Shown: piece after piece, positions 1 to 9,752 of the stretch
How the letters are laid out: the number at the start of each line of letters is the position of its first letter
Position numbering within the stretch: the first letter of the stretch is position 1
NCBI GenBank assembly: GCA_964592865.1
Contig: CAZQGN010000013.1
Coordinates: forward strand, 11,426 to 75,425
Reading direction: 5' to 3'
Source of the DNA: an uncultured Chloracidobacterium sp.
GTDB lineage: Bacteria; Acidobacteriota; Blastocatellia; Pyrinomonadales; Pyrinomonadaceae
Length of the DNA: 64,000 nucleotides
The notes under the pieces: model-generated
Database searches by the model: none
What the model was told of the DNA's origin: nothing
The model's input: the letters and a program-made list of their open reading frames with translations, nothing else
Program-made: the position numbers and the translations under genes

Positions 1-1
1 T

Positions 2-898
2 TCTCAAGCCAGCTTGCGCAAGGCTCTGGATAATGACGGTGACGGCAAGGCCGATTACACGGTCTTCAGGCCCTCGAACAACGTTTGGTACATCAACCGC
101 AGCAACGGCGGATTTTCGATCCAGCAGTTTGGCCTCGCCAACGAGGACTACACCGCACCGGGCGATTTTGACGGCGACGGCAAGGGTGACCTGTCGGTCT
201 GGCGCGACACCAACGGCGTTTGGTACCGCCTGAACAGCTCGAACGGCACGTTTGTCGCTCAGGCATTCGGCTCGACCGGCGATGAACCGATCGCCCGCGA
301 TTTCGACGGCGACGGCAAGACCGATCTGGCGGTGGTTCGCCGCTCGAACGGAGCGATGATCTGGTACGTCCTCCGCAGCACGGACGGCGGATTTCAGGCT
401 TCGCAGTTCGGCCTCTCGACCGACTATACGGCACCGGGCGACTATGACGGCGACGGAAAGTTTGACCTTGCGGTCCAGCGTCCGGGAGCAACGGCGGCAG
501 CTCAGGCGACGTTTTACGTTCTCCGCAGCGGCGACGGCGGCCTGACGGTAGCAAACTGGGGACTCAGCAACGACCTTGTCGTTCCGGGCGACTATGACGG
601 TGACGGCAAGACCGACCTGGCGGTCGTTCGCGAAGGTGCGACACCGACGGCGAACCTGATCTGGTACGTCCTGCGCAGTTCGAACGGTTCGTTCATCGCC
701 ACCAGCTTCGGGCTTACGGGCTCGGACCTGAGTGCACAGAATGACTACGACGGCGACGGCAAATGCGATATTGCGATCTGGCGCGACACGACGGGCGTTT
801 TCTATGCCCTGACGAGCTCGAGCAATTTCCAGAACGCTATCCAGGCACAATGGGGTGCCAGCAACGATTTCCCGGTCGCGGGCTACGACACACACTAG
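2..898 (+). CDS. FG-GAP/VCBS repeat (beta-propeller) protein, C-terminal part; the frame is open to the window edge, so the 5' end lies outside
   Basis: Six tandem ~40-aa repeats of the form D[FY]DGDGK.DLAV.R...WY.LRS..G.F....FG, typical of FG-GAP/VCBS blades. A strong terminator follows. Confidence 0.75.
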   Translation, partial: SQASLRKALDNDGDGKADYTVFRPSNNVWYINRSNGGFSIQQFGLANEDYTAPGDFDGDGKGDLSVWRDTNGVWYRLNSSNGTFVAQAFGSTGDEPIARDFDGDGKTDLAVVRRSNGAMIWYVLRSTDGGFQASQFGLSTDYTAPGDYDGDGKFDLAVQRPGATAAAQATFYVLRSGDGGLTVANWGLSNDLVVPGDYDGDGKTDLAVVREGATPTANLIWYVLRSSNGSFIATSFGLTGSDLSAQNDYDGDGKCDIAIWRDTTGVFYALTSSSNFQNAIQAQWGASNDFPVAGYDTH

Positions 899-923
899 TT
901 TTAGACGATACGTCTACGGCGTA

Positions 924-960
924 ATGGTTGAAGGCCGAAAGCCTTCAACCATTTTTATTT
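924..960 (+). terminator. Rho-independent terminator
   Basis: Perfect 12-bp stem atggttgaaggc/gccttcaaccat with loop cgaaa, followed by ttttatttat. Confidence 0.85.
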
Positions 961-994
961 ATGCCGGTGATTTGCAATAATCTTGACGTCACCA

Positions 995-2002
995 ATGGCC
1001 AACATCACGGAAACAATCAAAACGGTCTTTCCGGCCACCAAAGTCGCGATAATCGGCGATATCGTGGCGGACCAATACCTCAACGGCACGATCTCAAGGG
1101 TATCGCGTGAGGCACCGGTCTTTATCCTCAGGCATGATCAAACCACGACGCTGCCCGGTGCGGCGGCCAATGCCGCGGCGAACGTCGCTTCGCTCGGTGC
1201 ACGGGCCTGCATAGTCGGTGTCATCGGCGCTGACGCGAACGGCAAACTGCTGCTCGAGCGGATGACGGAGATCGGCGTCGATGTCGCCAGTGTGGTCGAG
1301 GACGACGCGGCCTCGACGACGACAAAGGTCAGGATACTGGCCGGCCAGCAGCACGCCGCACGTCAGCAGGTGATCCGCGTTGATTACGAGAACGGAGCTC
1401 CGTACGCCGCCCAAACGCGCCAAAAAGTGATCGACAACGCCGTCGCCGCCGTGCGGTCGGCCGACGCCGTTATTTTCTCGGACTACAACTACGGTGCCGC
1501 TGACACAGAGATCTTTGAGGCGGTCCGAACGGCCGCCGCCGAACGCGGGATACCGCTTCTTGTCGATTCGCGATTCAGGCTGCAGGATTTTCGCGGAGCG
1601 TCGTCCGCGACGCCCAATCAGGATGAGGTCGAACAGATTCTCGGGCCCGGTTTCGGCGACGCCGACTGCGACCGGCTTCGGGACGAACTCGGTCTCGAAA
1701 GTTTGCTGGTGACCAACGGTAACAAAGGGATGACGCTGATCGAACGCGGCCGTCAGCCGCAGCATATCGACGCCGTCGGTTCGGACCAGGCGGTCGATGT
1801 GACCGGAGCGGGCGACACCGTGATCGCCGCGTACGCACTCGGCCTCGCCTCGGGGTTGAGCTATTTTGACGCCGCCAAGCTCGCCAACCACGCGGGTGGG
1901 ATCGTAGTGATGAAAAAAGGGACCGCCGCCGTGGCTCCCGAGGAATTGATCGCCTCGATCAACTCGATCGCGGCTGACGATATTTTATCGAGTAATGCCT
2001 AA
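995..2002 (+). CDS. hldA: D-glycero-beta-D-manno-heptose-7-phosphate kinase (RfaE domain I type, PfkB/ribokinase family)
   Basis: PfkB-like sequence with C-terminal DVTGAGDT motif. It overlaps the adenylyltransferase gene by 8 nt. The ATG at 995 is preferred over the TTG at 983. Confidence 0.8.
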   Translation: MANITETIKTVFPATKVAIIGDIVADQYLNGTISRVSREAPVFILRHDQTTTLPGAAANAAANVASLGARACIVGVIGADANGKLLLERMTEIGVDVASVVEDDAASTTTKVRILAGQQHAARQQVIRVDYENGAPYAAQTRQKVIDNAVAAVRSADAVIFSDYNYGAADTEIFEAVRTAAAERGIPLLVDSRFRLQDFRGASSATPNQDEVEQILGPGFGDADCDRLRDELGLESLLVTNGNKGMTLIERGRQPQHIDAVGSDQAVDVTGAGDTVIAAYALGLASGLSYFDAAKLANHAGGIVVMKKGTAAVAPEELIASINSIAADDILSSNA

Positions 2003-2480
2003 CGAATCGCCGGTCGTCGATCGCAGCACACTTATCAAAGTCGTCGAAGGGCTCCGCCGCGAGGGCAAGACCATCGTCCTCGCGAACGGTTGTTTTGACC
2101 TGTTCCATGTCGGCCACGTGCGGTATCTGCGCGGTGCGGCCGAACTCGGCGACGTTCTGGTCGTGGGGATCAACTCCGATCGGCAAACGTCGATGCTCAA
2201 GGGGCCCGGACGGCCGTTCGTCCCCGAGGGCGAGCGGGCCGAGATCGTCGGTGCGGTCAAGGGCGTCGACCTGGTAACGATCTTTGACGAGCCGACGGTC
2301 ACCGAGCTTATCGAGGCGATCCGGCCGGACATTCATGCAAAGGGTACCGACTACACCGTGGACAGCGTGCCGGAGCGCGAGATCGTCCGCTCGTACGGCG
2401 GCAGGGTGGCGATCGTCGGCGACCCGAAGGACCATTCGTCCACCGAACTGATCAATACCGTCAAGACCGCTGACAAGTAA
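1995..2480 (+). CDS. hldC: D-glycero-beta-D-manno-heptose-1-phosphate adenylyltransferase (RfaE domain II type, cytidylyltransferase fold)
   Basis: [14 protein letters not shown] (HxGH nucleotidyltransferase motif). Size is about 160 aa and it is coupled to the kinase gene. Confidence 0.85.
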   Translation: MPNESPVVDRSTLIKVVEGLRREGKTIVLANGCFDLFHVGHVRYLRGAAELGDVLVVGINSDRQTSMLKGPGRPFVPEGERAEIVGAVKGVDLVTIFDEPTVTELIEAIRPDIHAKGTDYTVDSVPEREIVRSYGGRVAIVGDPKDHSSTELINTVKTADK

Positions 2481-2513
2481 CGCCCGGGCCGCCGGGCGGC
2501 AAACGCGAATCAG

Positions 2514-3092
2514 ATGTGGCATGCGCGAACCAAGGATGAGCTGATCATCGAAGTATGGGAAAAGCTTGATTGCGAGAGTGTCGGTGCGGCCGAGATCGAG
2601 GCGATCGAGACAGCCGTCGCGGCTGAGTACGGACAGGCGGCGGTAGATTCGCCGATGATCATCGCCCGGCTGCTTGCCGACGAAGGGGCTGAACTGCGGC
2701 ACCCCGAGATAATGCGGCTGTTCGTCGAGCGGGCGTCCGATCGGCCGTATGACGCGGCGTTTCGCAATCTGATGGATACCGAGAGCCTTCGCGGCGCATT
2801 GCGATCCATTAGGGAGCTTAACAATCTGCGGCAAAAGTACGCCGCCGACAACGACCGCGAGGGAATTCGGCTGGCGAGGCAAACCGCTCTCGACGCAAAA
2901 CGCAAACTCAAAGCTGTCATCGACGACGCGCGTACCGAGGGGCTAAAACGCAGCGTAAGCATCGAGATCGCCGAGTGGCTTTCAGTCTGGCTGCAGACGC
3001 CCGACCTGTTCAATGATTGGGTCGAACTCCGTCAGCGGTCGGCCGGCTTTCGTGAGACATTCGGCCACATACAAAGTACCGAAGACGAATAA
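2514..3092 (+). CDS. Hypothetical protein (helical, acidic)
   Basis: Clean 192-aa ORF in the operon context between hldC and rsmE. Its stop abuts the rsmE start. No recognisable motif. Confidence 0.5.
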   Translation: MWHARTKDELIIEVWEKLDCESVGAAEIEAIETAVAAEYGQAAVDSPMIIARLLADEGAELRHPEIMRLFVERASDRPYDAAFRNLMDTESLRGALRSIRELNNLRQKYAADNDREGIRLARQTALDAKRKLKAVIDDARTEGLKRSVSIEIAEWLSVWLQTPDLFNDWVELRQRSAGFRETFGHIQSTEDE

Positions 3093-3811
3093 TGCGACGA
3101 TTCTATTCACCGCCCGAGACATTTACCGGCCAGGCAGTAACGCTCGGTGCCGACGAAGCGCATCATATGCGCGATGTTGTGCGACAGCGTCCTGGCGACG
3201 AGGTGTCGGTCTTTGACGGTGAGGGCCGTGAATTCGTCTGTGTGATCCGCAATATCGCGCGGTCGTCCGCCGAGCTTGAGATCGTCCGCGAGGTCGAGCC
3301 GAGATCGCCCGAATCGCCGGCCCGCATCACGCTTGCCGCCGCGATGCTCAAGGCCGATAAATTTGAGTTGGTGATCCAAAAGGCCGTCGAACTTGGCGTC
3401 GCCGAACTGGTGCCGCTGATCACAGACCGCTGCGAGGCGAACACGAAACATGCCGAAAAGCGAATGGTGCGGTGGCAGCGGATAATCCTGGACGCCTCAA
3501 AGCAGTGCGGCCGTGCGACCCTGATGAAGATCGGCGAACCCGTCAAATTTCAGACGATGCTCGCCGCCGGCGACAATACTGAAACGGTGCTATTTGCAGA
3601 GCGAGACGGCGAGCGGTTGGGTGACGGAGGCCGTAATGTGATACGAACGGTCGTCATCGGGCCCGAAGGCGGCTGGAGCGACGCTGAGATCGACGCCGCA
3701 CGGGCAACGGGCTGCCGGATAATAACGCTCGGCGGCCGTATACTGCGGGCCGAAACGGCCGCGATCGCTATCACCGCGATCGTTCAGAATCTATTCGGAG
3801 ATATCAATTAG
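3092..3811 (+). CDS. rsmE: 16S rRNA (uracil1498-N3)-methyltransferase
   Basis: N-terminal MRRFY...EAHHMRDVVR pattern and C-terminal GPEGGW...LG.RILR.ETA, typical of RsmE (SPOUT). Confidence 0.85.
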   Translation: MRRFYSPPETFTGQAVTLGADEAHHMRDVVRQRPGDEVSVFDGEGREFVCVIRNIARSSAELEIVREVEPRSPESPARITLAAAMLKADKFELVIQKAVELGVAELVPLITDRCEANTKHAEKRMVRWQRIILDASKQCGRATLMKIGEPVKFQTMLAAGDNTETVLFAERDGERLGDGGRNVIRTVVIGPEGGWSDAEIDAARATGCRIITLGGRILRAETAAIAITAIVQNLFGDIN

Positions 3812-4352
3812 GCTCAGGAGCCTTGGCCCGCGGCCGGTAAAATGCGTCGCCCCGCTGGGTCAATTTAGCCCTCTCGGCCAGCGAGCGAAGGACCGAATCG
3901 AGCAGGTCCTTGCTCTCGAGTTTAAAGTTGACCACGCCCTTGACGTCAATGTCAGGATCCTCACACTGGATGATCAGGTAGCTGCGTTTTTCCTTGATAA
4001 AGCCGGCGAGCGACGCGCCGGGCAGCGGCAGATTCTTGAGCACGTTACCGGTCGTCGAGGTCACCGATTGTGACTGCGGATAGATGACCAGGAGCGCGTC
4101 GTACGGAATTCCAAAGAGCTCTTTCTGTTCCTTTCCAAAAAATACCAGCCGGTCGTTGGCGTCATCAAACTTGAGCGTGCCCATCTGTTTGTCATTAAAT
4201 CCAAACAGACCGCCCTCATATTTAGCCCCGAACGACTCGGGCGCCGGTGCTGCCTTGGCGGTCGTCGTCGAACTGCCGATCGGCCTCGGCTGAGCCTGGG
4301 CCGAAACGGCGCAAACAGCGATAAGGACGGCGAAAAGTGCGAAATATCTCAT
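3804..4352 (-). CDS. Secreted hypothetical protein
   Basis: Sec signal peptide MRYFALFAVLIAVCAVSAQA. 182-aa ORF with no catalytic motif recognised. Confidence 0.55.
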   Translation of the reverse strand: MRYFALFAVLIAVCAVSAQAQPRPIGSSTTTAKAAPAPESFGAKYEGGLFGFNDKQMGTLKFDDANDRLVFFGKEQKELFGIPYDALLVIYPQSQSVTSTTGNVLKNLPLPGASLAGFIKEKRSYLIIQCEDPDIDVKGVVNFKLESKDLLDSVLRSLAERAKLTQRGDAFYRPRAKAPEPN

Positions 4353-4435
4353 TGTTGAATAAACCTCTCGAAAGCTGATCCGTTGACGGATCGGGGGTAT
4401 TTCCTTAATAGACGCTTGCCGTGGCGAAATGGTTG

Positions 4436-5236
4436 TTATTTTGCGGCGGTCATTTTTCGGTTGCGCAGGTGCGTAGCGATACGCTCTTCGGCAATTGCCA
4501 CATACTCAGCCGAAATTTCGGAGCCGATCCAGCGGCGCTCATTGAGCATCGCGGCCTTGGCGGTCGTCCCGCTGCCCATAAAACAGTCGTAAACGAGGTC
4601 GCCGGCGTCGGTCCAGGTCAGTATCTGGTCCACGGCCAGTTGTTCGGGAAATATCGCCGGATGTTTAAAGGCGATCTTGTCCTTCGAACTCGATGTCCCG
4701 ACATTGTAATAGAAGATGTTGTTGACCTTTCGCTCCTTTGGAGCGATGTGGTTGTGGGCAAGGTCGTTGCGGCCGACCTTTGTGATACGAAACGACTTGA
4801 AAGCCTTTTCCTGCTTGATGACCTGCATTATAGGGTTGAACTTTGCCGGCTGCCCTTTGCTGAAGCAGAACATATACTCGAACGCCTGTCGGTACCGCTT
4901 GCCGCAATCGCTCGGGATCGGATTATTCTTGGCGTAGATCATCGTATCGTGGACACGAAAACCGGCGTCCTGGAACGTGATCGCGTGACGAAAACTCGAG
5001 AGCGTCTCGTTGCCGCCGACGGTGCGGTCGCCGACGACCCAGATCACGACACCGCCCGGCTTGGTCTTGGCGAAAAGCCCGGCGGCGATCTCCTCGACCG
5101 GAAAATGATATCCGTTATAATCGCGAAGGTCATCGTACGGCGGACTGGTGATCGTCATGTCAAGCCAGTCGTCCGGCATACGGGCGAGCGTCTCGATGCA
5201 ATTTTCCTGGTAGATCTTGCCGATCTCGATACTCAT
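4436..5236 (-). CDS. Site-specific DNA methyltransferase, beta-class (N4-cytosine or N6-adenine)
   Basis: Motif IV TSPPYDD lies near the N-terminus and motif I FMGSGTT near the C-terminus (circularly permuted beta order). The ATG at 5236 forms an ATGA overlap with the upstream gene's stop. Confidence 0.85.
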   Translation of the reverse strand: MSIEIGKIYQENCIETLARMPDDWLDMTITSPPYDDLRDYNGYHFPVEEIAAGLFAKTKPGGVVIWVVGDRTVGGNETLSSFRHAITFQDAGFRVHDTMIYAKNNPIPSDCGKRYRQAFEYMFCFSKGQPAKFNPIMQVIKQEKAFKSFRITKVGRNDLAHNHIAPKERKVNNIFYYNVGTSSSKDKIAFKHPAIFPEQLAVDQILTWTDAGDLVYDCFMGSGTTAKAAMLNERRWIGSEISAEYVAIAEERIATHLRNRKMTAAK

Positions 5237-6084
5237 AGGGGCCATTTGGACAGAAAATCGCCGATGTACTGGTTAGCGTCCTTTTCCGCTTCAAACTCGA
5301 GGAATTCGCGAAATTGCTCTAGTTCGTTAAAGTAATCTTCTTCGCCAAGCTTGCCGCAAAAATAGGCGACGCGCAGCCAGACCAGATATGTGTTCAACGT
5401 GTCGATCCGGTTGTACTCGACGATCCTGGTGATGTCGCGTTCGAGCCAGAGATCGGTCACCTGATCGCCCTTGACGTCGATCTTGCCGGGATAGCCGCAC
5501 AGCTTGGCAAGTTCGTCGAGCCGCGGCGACATACCGCCGCGATTTGAGAATTTGGTCAGGAGGTCGAGATGTGCCTCGCTGTTGCGCGAATCAAAATAGT
5601 CCTCGCCCTCCCACGGCTTATTCGGCCGCTGGTTGAACGCGGGAGCGGTGATCTCGTTGATGATGCCGCGTTGGATCAGGACCTGCAGGTCGGACTCGCT
5701 GGAATTAAAGCCGACGAGCTGCGGCCGGCGTTCACCGATAATATACAAAAAGCGGTCAATGATCGCGGCTTCGTCAACGTCATCTGTTTCGAGCGGCAGC
5801 TTTGGCAGCGAATTGAGTGAAAATTCGATGGTCCGCTCGCCGTTTCGATAGACCGACTTTCGCGAAAGGAACGCGATCGAGACCACCCGCGAAAACATGT
5901 ACTTAAGGAATGGTCGAGGGTTCTTCTCGGCGTCGTACTGCGGCGAATGCTCCCACAGATGCTGCATCGCCTCGATCTCGGTCGTATCGTCCGGAAGGTC
6001 AAACAGCCGCCGCGACCCGGCCGCGTCGGGTACCCATTCGAGGTCGTAGAAAAGTGCGAGGTCGTGGATCGGCGATTTCAGCAT
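5233..6084 (-). CDS. PolB-exonuclease-like 3'-5' exonuclease (DEDDy, RNase H fold), stand-alone
   Basis: ExoI FYDLEWVPD, ExoII GFNSSESDLQVL and ExoIII YNRIDTLNTY are in the canonical order. The ATG at 6084 is preferred over the TTG at 6096. Confidence 0.7.
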   Translation of the reverse strand: MLKSPIHDLALFYDLEWVPDAAGSRRLFDLPDDTTEIEAMQHLWEHSPQYDAEKNPRPFLKYMFSRVVSIAFLSRKSVYRNGERTIEFSLNSLPKLPLETDDVDEAAIIDRFLYIIGERRPQLVGFNSSESDLQVLIQRGIINEITAPAFNQRPNKPWEGEDYFDSRNSEAHLDLLTKFSNRGGMSPRLDELAKLCGYPGKIDVKGDQVTDLWLERDITRIVEYNRIDTLNTYLVWLRVAYFCGKLGEEDYFNELEQFREFLEFEAEKDANQYIGDFLSKWPL

Positions 6085-6246
6085 CGGAGAAACCAAAAAA
6101 ACGTGCGCCTGAAAAAAATCAATGTTTGCTTGTGCTTAGGCGAATTGAACAGCTGAATTCTAGCATAGGAAAATCGATTGAGAAAACGGTGCCGCGCATT
6201 CGAACGTCATCGCCGGCGACGATGCGCTCAGCGGCATTCAGCCGTT

Positions 6247-7365
6247 TTACGCGACGGTCCCTCGATCGTACAGGGCGACCCGCTGTTCATACGCCTGCCG
6301 CACTATTCGTACGTCCTCGAGGAATAACGGAAGTTCCTCGAGCCGCAGTGCCTGCGGGCCGTCGACGAGAGCCTTGCTCGGGTCAGGATGAAAATCGACA
6401 AGCACCATATTTGCACCGGCGATGACGCCCTGAGCGGTGATGTGCATGATGTCGAGTATCCGGTCCGAACTTCGGAAGCGGCCGCCGACCGAATGCGACG
6501 GATCGATGCAAACCGGCATTCGGGTCAGGCTCTTGACGACCGGGACGTGGGCAAAATCGACCAGGTTTCGGTGCGGGTCACCGATGTTGGTCTTCATACC
6601 GCGAAGTCCGAAGATGACTTTTTGGTTGCCCTCGCTCGCCAGATACTCGGCCGCGTGGAGCGATTCGTCCAGCGTGATGCCGAATCCGCGTTTGAGCAGG
6701 ACCGGAAACTCCTGCTGGCGGCCGACGCTCTTGAGCAGCTCAAAATTCTGCGTGTTGCGGGTCCCGATCTGCAGCATTACGCCGGTCGGCGAGCCGGTCG
6801 AATTCAGAGCGGCACTGATCTCGTCGACGTGCGACTCGTGCGTGACCTCCATGGCGATCACCTTGATACCGTATTTTCCGGCCAGATCGAAAACGTAGGG
6901 CAGGCAATTGGCCCCGTGACCCTGAAACGAGTACGGACTGGTCCGCGGCTTATAGGCACCCATCCGCGTGCAGGTCTGACCGTTTTCCTGCAGGGCTCGC
7001 ATCATCGTCTCGACGCTCTCAGCCGAGTCAACGGCGCACAGGCCGGCGAAAACATTCAGATTTTCCTGACTAAACGTGACGCCATTGTACGTGAAGTGAT
7101 TGGGGCGGCTGTCGTCCTTATGCCGGCCGAGAACGCGATAGACCTCGGACACGCGTATGACATGTTCGACGCCGGGAAAACTCTTGATCTCGTCGATCGA
7201 CAATGCGGCGGTGTTGCCGATCAGATACAGCTCGGTCAAAAGCTGCTGTTTGCCCTGGATATTGTGGACAAGTATCTCGATGTTTTGAAAATTATTGACG
7301 TGCGACTCGATCCGCCGGTATTCGCGGCTGTCGGTATCGACGTTTGGTTTGAGAACGATGATCAT
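6247..7365 (-). CDS. aroF: 3-deoxy-7-phosphoheptulonate (DAHP) synthase, type I-beta with N-terminal ferredoxin-like regulatory domain
   Basis: KPRTSPYSFQGHG and IDPSH motifs of the DAHPS/KDO8PS I-beta family. Start set at MIIVLKP (7365); the longer ORF to 7602 runs into pheA. Confidence 0.85.
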   Translation of the reverse strand: MIIVLKPNVDTDSREYRRIESHVNNFQNIEILVHNIQGKQQLLTELYLIGNTAALSIDEIKSFPGVEHVIRVSEVYRVLGRHKDDSRPNHFTYNGVTFSQENLNVFAGLCAVDSAESVETMMRALQENGQTCTRMGAYKPRTSPYSFQGHGANCLPYVFDLAGKYGIKVIAMEVTHESHVDEISAALNSTGSPTGVMLQIGTRNTQNFELLKSVGRQQEFPVLLKRGFGITLDESLHAAEYLASEGNQKVIFGLRGMKTNIGDPHRNLVDFAHVPVVKSLTRMPVCIDPSHSVGGRFRSSDRILDIMHITAQGVIAGANMVLVDFHPDPSKALVDGPQALRLEELPLFLEDVRIVRQAYEQRVALYDRGTVA

Positions 7366-7381
7366 AAAAACCTGGCCGCCA

Positions 7382-8542
7382 TTAATGTGCCGGCTCCAAC
7401 TTTGTTGACGAATATTGTCCCAGTACGCGGACGTCAACGGCAAGGACACGAACCTCGTCGAGAGCACCGGCCATTTCGCCCGGATTTGCCGGAACGAGGA
7501 CGTCGAGATAGAAATTATATTCCTCGGGCGACTCGCGGATCGGCAGGCTCTCGATCTTGAGCAGGTCGATGCCGCGGCGAACGAACGGCCGCAGTGCCCC
7601 ATGCAGTGATCCGGGCTGATTCCTGAGCCGCATTACGAGCGATATCTTGGTCCCGGTGCCGGAATCGTCGGCGATCGCTGACAAAAGTGCGAATCGCGTG
7701 TAATTTTCGCGGTTGTCCTCGAGGTGCTCAGCGATGATCCGGCCGCCGTAGATCTCGGCCGTTCGCCTGCCGCCGATGCCGGCCCGCGTAATGTCACCGC
7801 TCTCGACCGCCCGGCGGACACTGCCGGCAGTATCGTCGGCCGGGACACGCTTTATTCCGGGATGCTCGGCAAAGAACCGCGTACATTGCGCCAGTGCCGC
7901 CGGATGCGATTCGACGGTCGTGATACTGTCGATCGTCGCCCCTTCGCAAGCGACGAGGTAATGAGAAACAGGCAGGATGACCTCGGCAACTATGTTGAGC
8001 GAACTCTGCAGCAGCAGGTCAACACAACGATGTACAGACCCGATCAGGCTGTTCTCGAGCGGCGTCAGGATGTAGTCGGCCTTGCCGTTCTCGACCGCGG
8101 CGAAGAGTTCTTCGAATGTCGGCATCGACACCGTTTCGCTTTCGTCACCCAAAAGGCTGAGCGCCGCCTCCTCGCTAAACGTCCCGCGTTCACCCAGGAA
8201 CGCGACACGTGCACGCCCGCCGACGATCGCGGCGCGAGGATCGGTTTCGGCGGCATCCGCCAAACTGCGGCCATACGCCGCCTGCTGCAGCCGCAGAGAT
8301 TCGTCAATTATCCGGCGAAAGATGCTGTCGATGCCCTGTTCGTCAAACGGGCCCGGATTTTCGGCCCGCATCCGCTCGAGCACCTCGCGTTCGCGTACCG
8401 GGTCACACAGGGACGTATCGACGATGGTCTTGGCGGCACCGACGCGCAGAGCGATCTCGGCGCGTTTATTCAACAGCCGAAGCAGTTCGCCGTCGATCGC
8501 GTCGATCTCGGCCCGCGGATTGTCGATCTTGACCTCACTCAT
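7382..8542 (-). CDS. pheA: Bifunctional chorismate mutase / prephenate dehydratase (P-protein)
   Basis: N-terminal chorismate mutase helix (IDAIDGELLRLLNKRAEIA), prephenate dehydratase domain (VAFLGERGTFSEEAA, NYTRF) and ACT domain (ESLP...YNFYLD). Confidence 0.9.
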   Translation of the reverse strand: MSEVKIDNPRAEIDAIDGELLRLLNKRAEIALRVGAAKTIVDTSLCDPVREREVLERMRAENPGPFDEQGIDSIFRRIIDESLRLQQAAYGRSLADAAETDPRAAIVGGRARVAFLGERGTFSEEAALSLLGDESETVSMPTFEELFAAVENGKADYILTPLENSLIGSVHRCVDLLLQSSLNIVAEVILPVSHYLVACEGATIDSITTVESHPAALAQCTRFFAEHPGIKRVPADDTAGSVRRAVESGDITRAGIGGRRTAEIYGGRIIAEHLEDNRENYTRFALLSAIADDSGTGTKISLVMRLRNQPGSLHGALRPFVRRGIDLLKIESLPIRESPEEYNFYLDVLVPANPGEMAGALDEVRVLAVDVRVLGQYSSTKLEPAH

Positions 8543-8753
8543 TGATCAGTTGGAATTCGCCCCGATAATATTATCGAAAATTCTAATCTTGAGCAGATTA
8601 TAACAGAGAGTTATCACATTCAATATAGTATTCCGCGGCGTTTTCAGGCACATTATGCGATCGAAGGCCAAACTTTGGCGAAAATGGGTTAAAATCATTT
8701 CCGAACCGTAACGGATCGATCCGCATCAGGAAAAACCGAAAAAACGGCCAAAT

Positions 8754-9149
8754 ATGGAAACGGCGACAACGGTAGTCCGCAAAAAGCACTCAAAACTCGG
8801 CATCGCCTCGACTGTCGTCGCGATCGGGGTCTGGTTGTATTTCGCGGCGATGTTCGTGCTCGTGTTTTATGTCGACGGATTCTCGGGCTACCTTACGGAT
8901 CTGTTTGTTCCCGAATCGCGTGGAATGACCGATCTTCGCGGGATGGGAGTCGGCGTGGTGCTGTTTTCGACAATATTCCTGCTTCTGCCGATACTCGGCC
9001 ACCTGCTCGGGACGATCCTCGGGACGGCCGGCCTTTTCACGACGTCCAGAAATCGCCTTTTCAGCGTGATAGGGGTTGTGCTCAACCTCCTCCCGGCGGC
9101 ATTGCTGTTCGTATTGTTCCTGATCGGCGGACTTACCCCGGCCGCGTGA
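8754..9149 (+). CDS. Small integral membrane protein (about 4 TM helices), hypothetical
   Basis: Hydrophobic segments throughout. Preceded by an AT-rich 210-bp intergenic region. Confidence 0.5.
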   Translation: METATTVVRKKHSKLGIASTVVAIGVWLYFAAMFVLVFYVDGFSGYLTDLFVPESRGMTDLRGMGVGVVLFSTIFLLLPILGHLLGTILGTAGLFTTSRNRLFSVIGVVLNLLPAALLFVLFLIGGLTPAA

Positions 9150-9341
9150 CCGATCTTACCGCCGGACTGCACCAAAGCGTAAAGTAATACTCGATTTGCT
9201 TCACTAACGGCCGGTGAGCCTGCCGCCGGCCTATCGATAAACCCAATACACACAATAAGTTAACGTTCGTGGCACGGTGCTTGCGATTGTATATCGCGAA
9301 CCGGGTGCAGGACCCGAATTAAACAAGGGAGATGCAATCAT

Positions 9342-9674
9342 ATGAAAAAACTACTTACCGCAAGCCTAATGTTGATCGTTCTGACCGTAATGGTGCCGGT
9401 CCTTTCGTCGGCCGCCTCCGCTCAGACGCGTTACTACGGTAACGAAGGCCGTTATACGTCAGGTTACAAAAAGCGGAGCATCTATCGGCGGCATCGTAAT
9501 CTGATCAACATCGCGATCGGAACGGGTGGAGGAGCATTGCTCGGCGGGCTCTTCGGCGGCAAGAAAGGTGCCCTGATCGGGGCCGCAGCCGGAGCAGGCG
9601 GTTCGGCACTCTACACCTACAAACTCAAGCCCAAAAAGCGACGCTATCAGGCCGAGTACTACCAGCGATATTGA
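9342..9674 (+). CDS. Secreted glycine-zipper protein
   Basis: Signal peptide, GGGALLGGLFGGKKGALIGAAAGAGGSALY glycine zipper, and an AGGGAGA Shine-Dalgarno sequence 8 nt upstream. Confidence 0.55.
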   Translation: MKKLLTASLMLIVLTVMVPVLSSAASAQTRYYGNEGRYTSGYKKRSIYRRHRNLINIAIGTGGGALLGGLFGGKKGALIGAAAGAGGSALYTYKLKPKKRRYQAEYYQRY

Positions 9675-9697
9675 TCACCGATCCGGCGATAATTGAA

Positions 9698-9737
9698 GAA
9701 AGGCCGCAACTCGATCTTGAGCTGCGGCCTTTTTTTG
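9698..9737. terminator. Bidirectional rho-independent terminator between convergent genes
   Basis: Stem aaaggccgca/tgcggccttt with a 14-nt loop, a T-run on the + strand and an A-rich flank on the other side. Confidence 0.7.
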
Positions 9738-9752
9738 CGTGACGGCAACTGC

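Noticed and set aside
6388-7560. Long antisense 'shadow' ORFs. Examples: 6388-7560, 15878-16849, 19973-20968, 30343-31062, 38134-39285, 47452-48141 and 56768-58408.
   Set aside because: Each lies fully inside, and opposite to, a gene with clear family motifs. Their translations are Arg/Ala/Gly/Pro-rich low-complexity sequence typical of GC-rich antisense frames.
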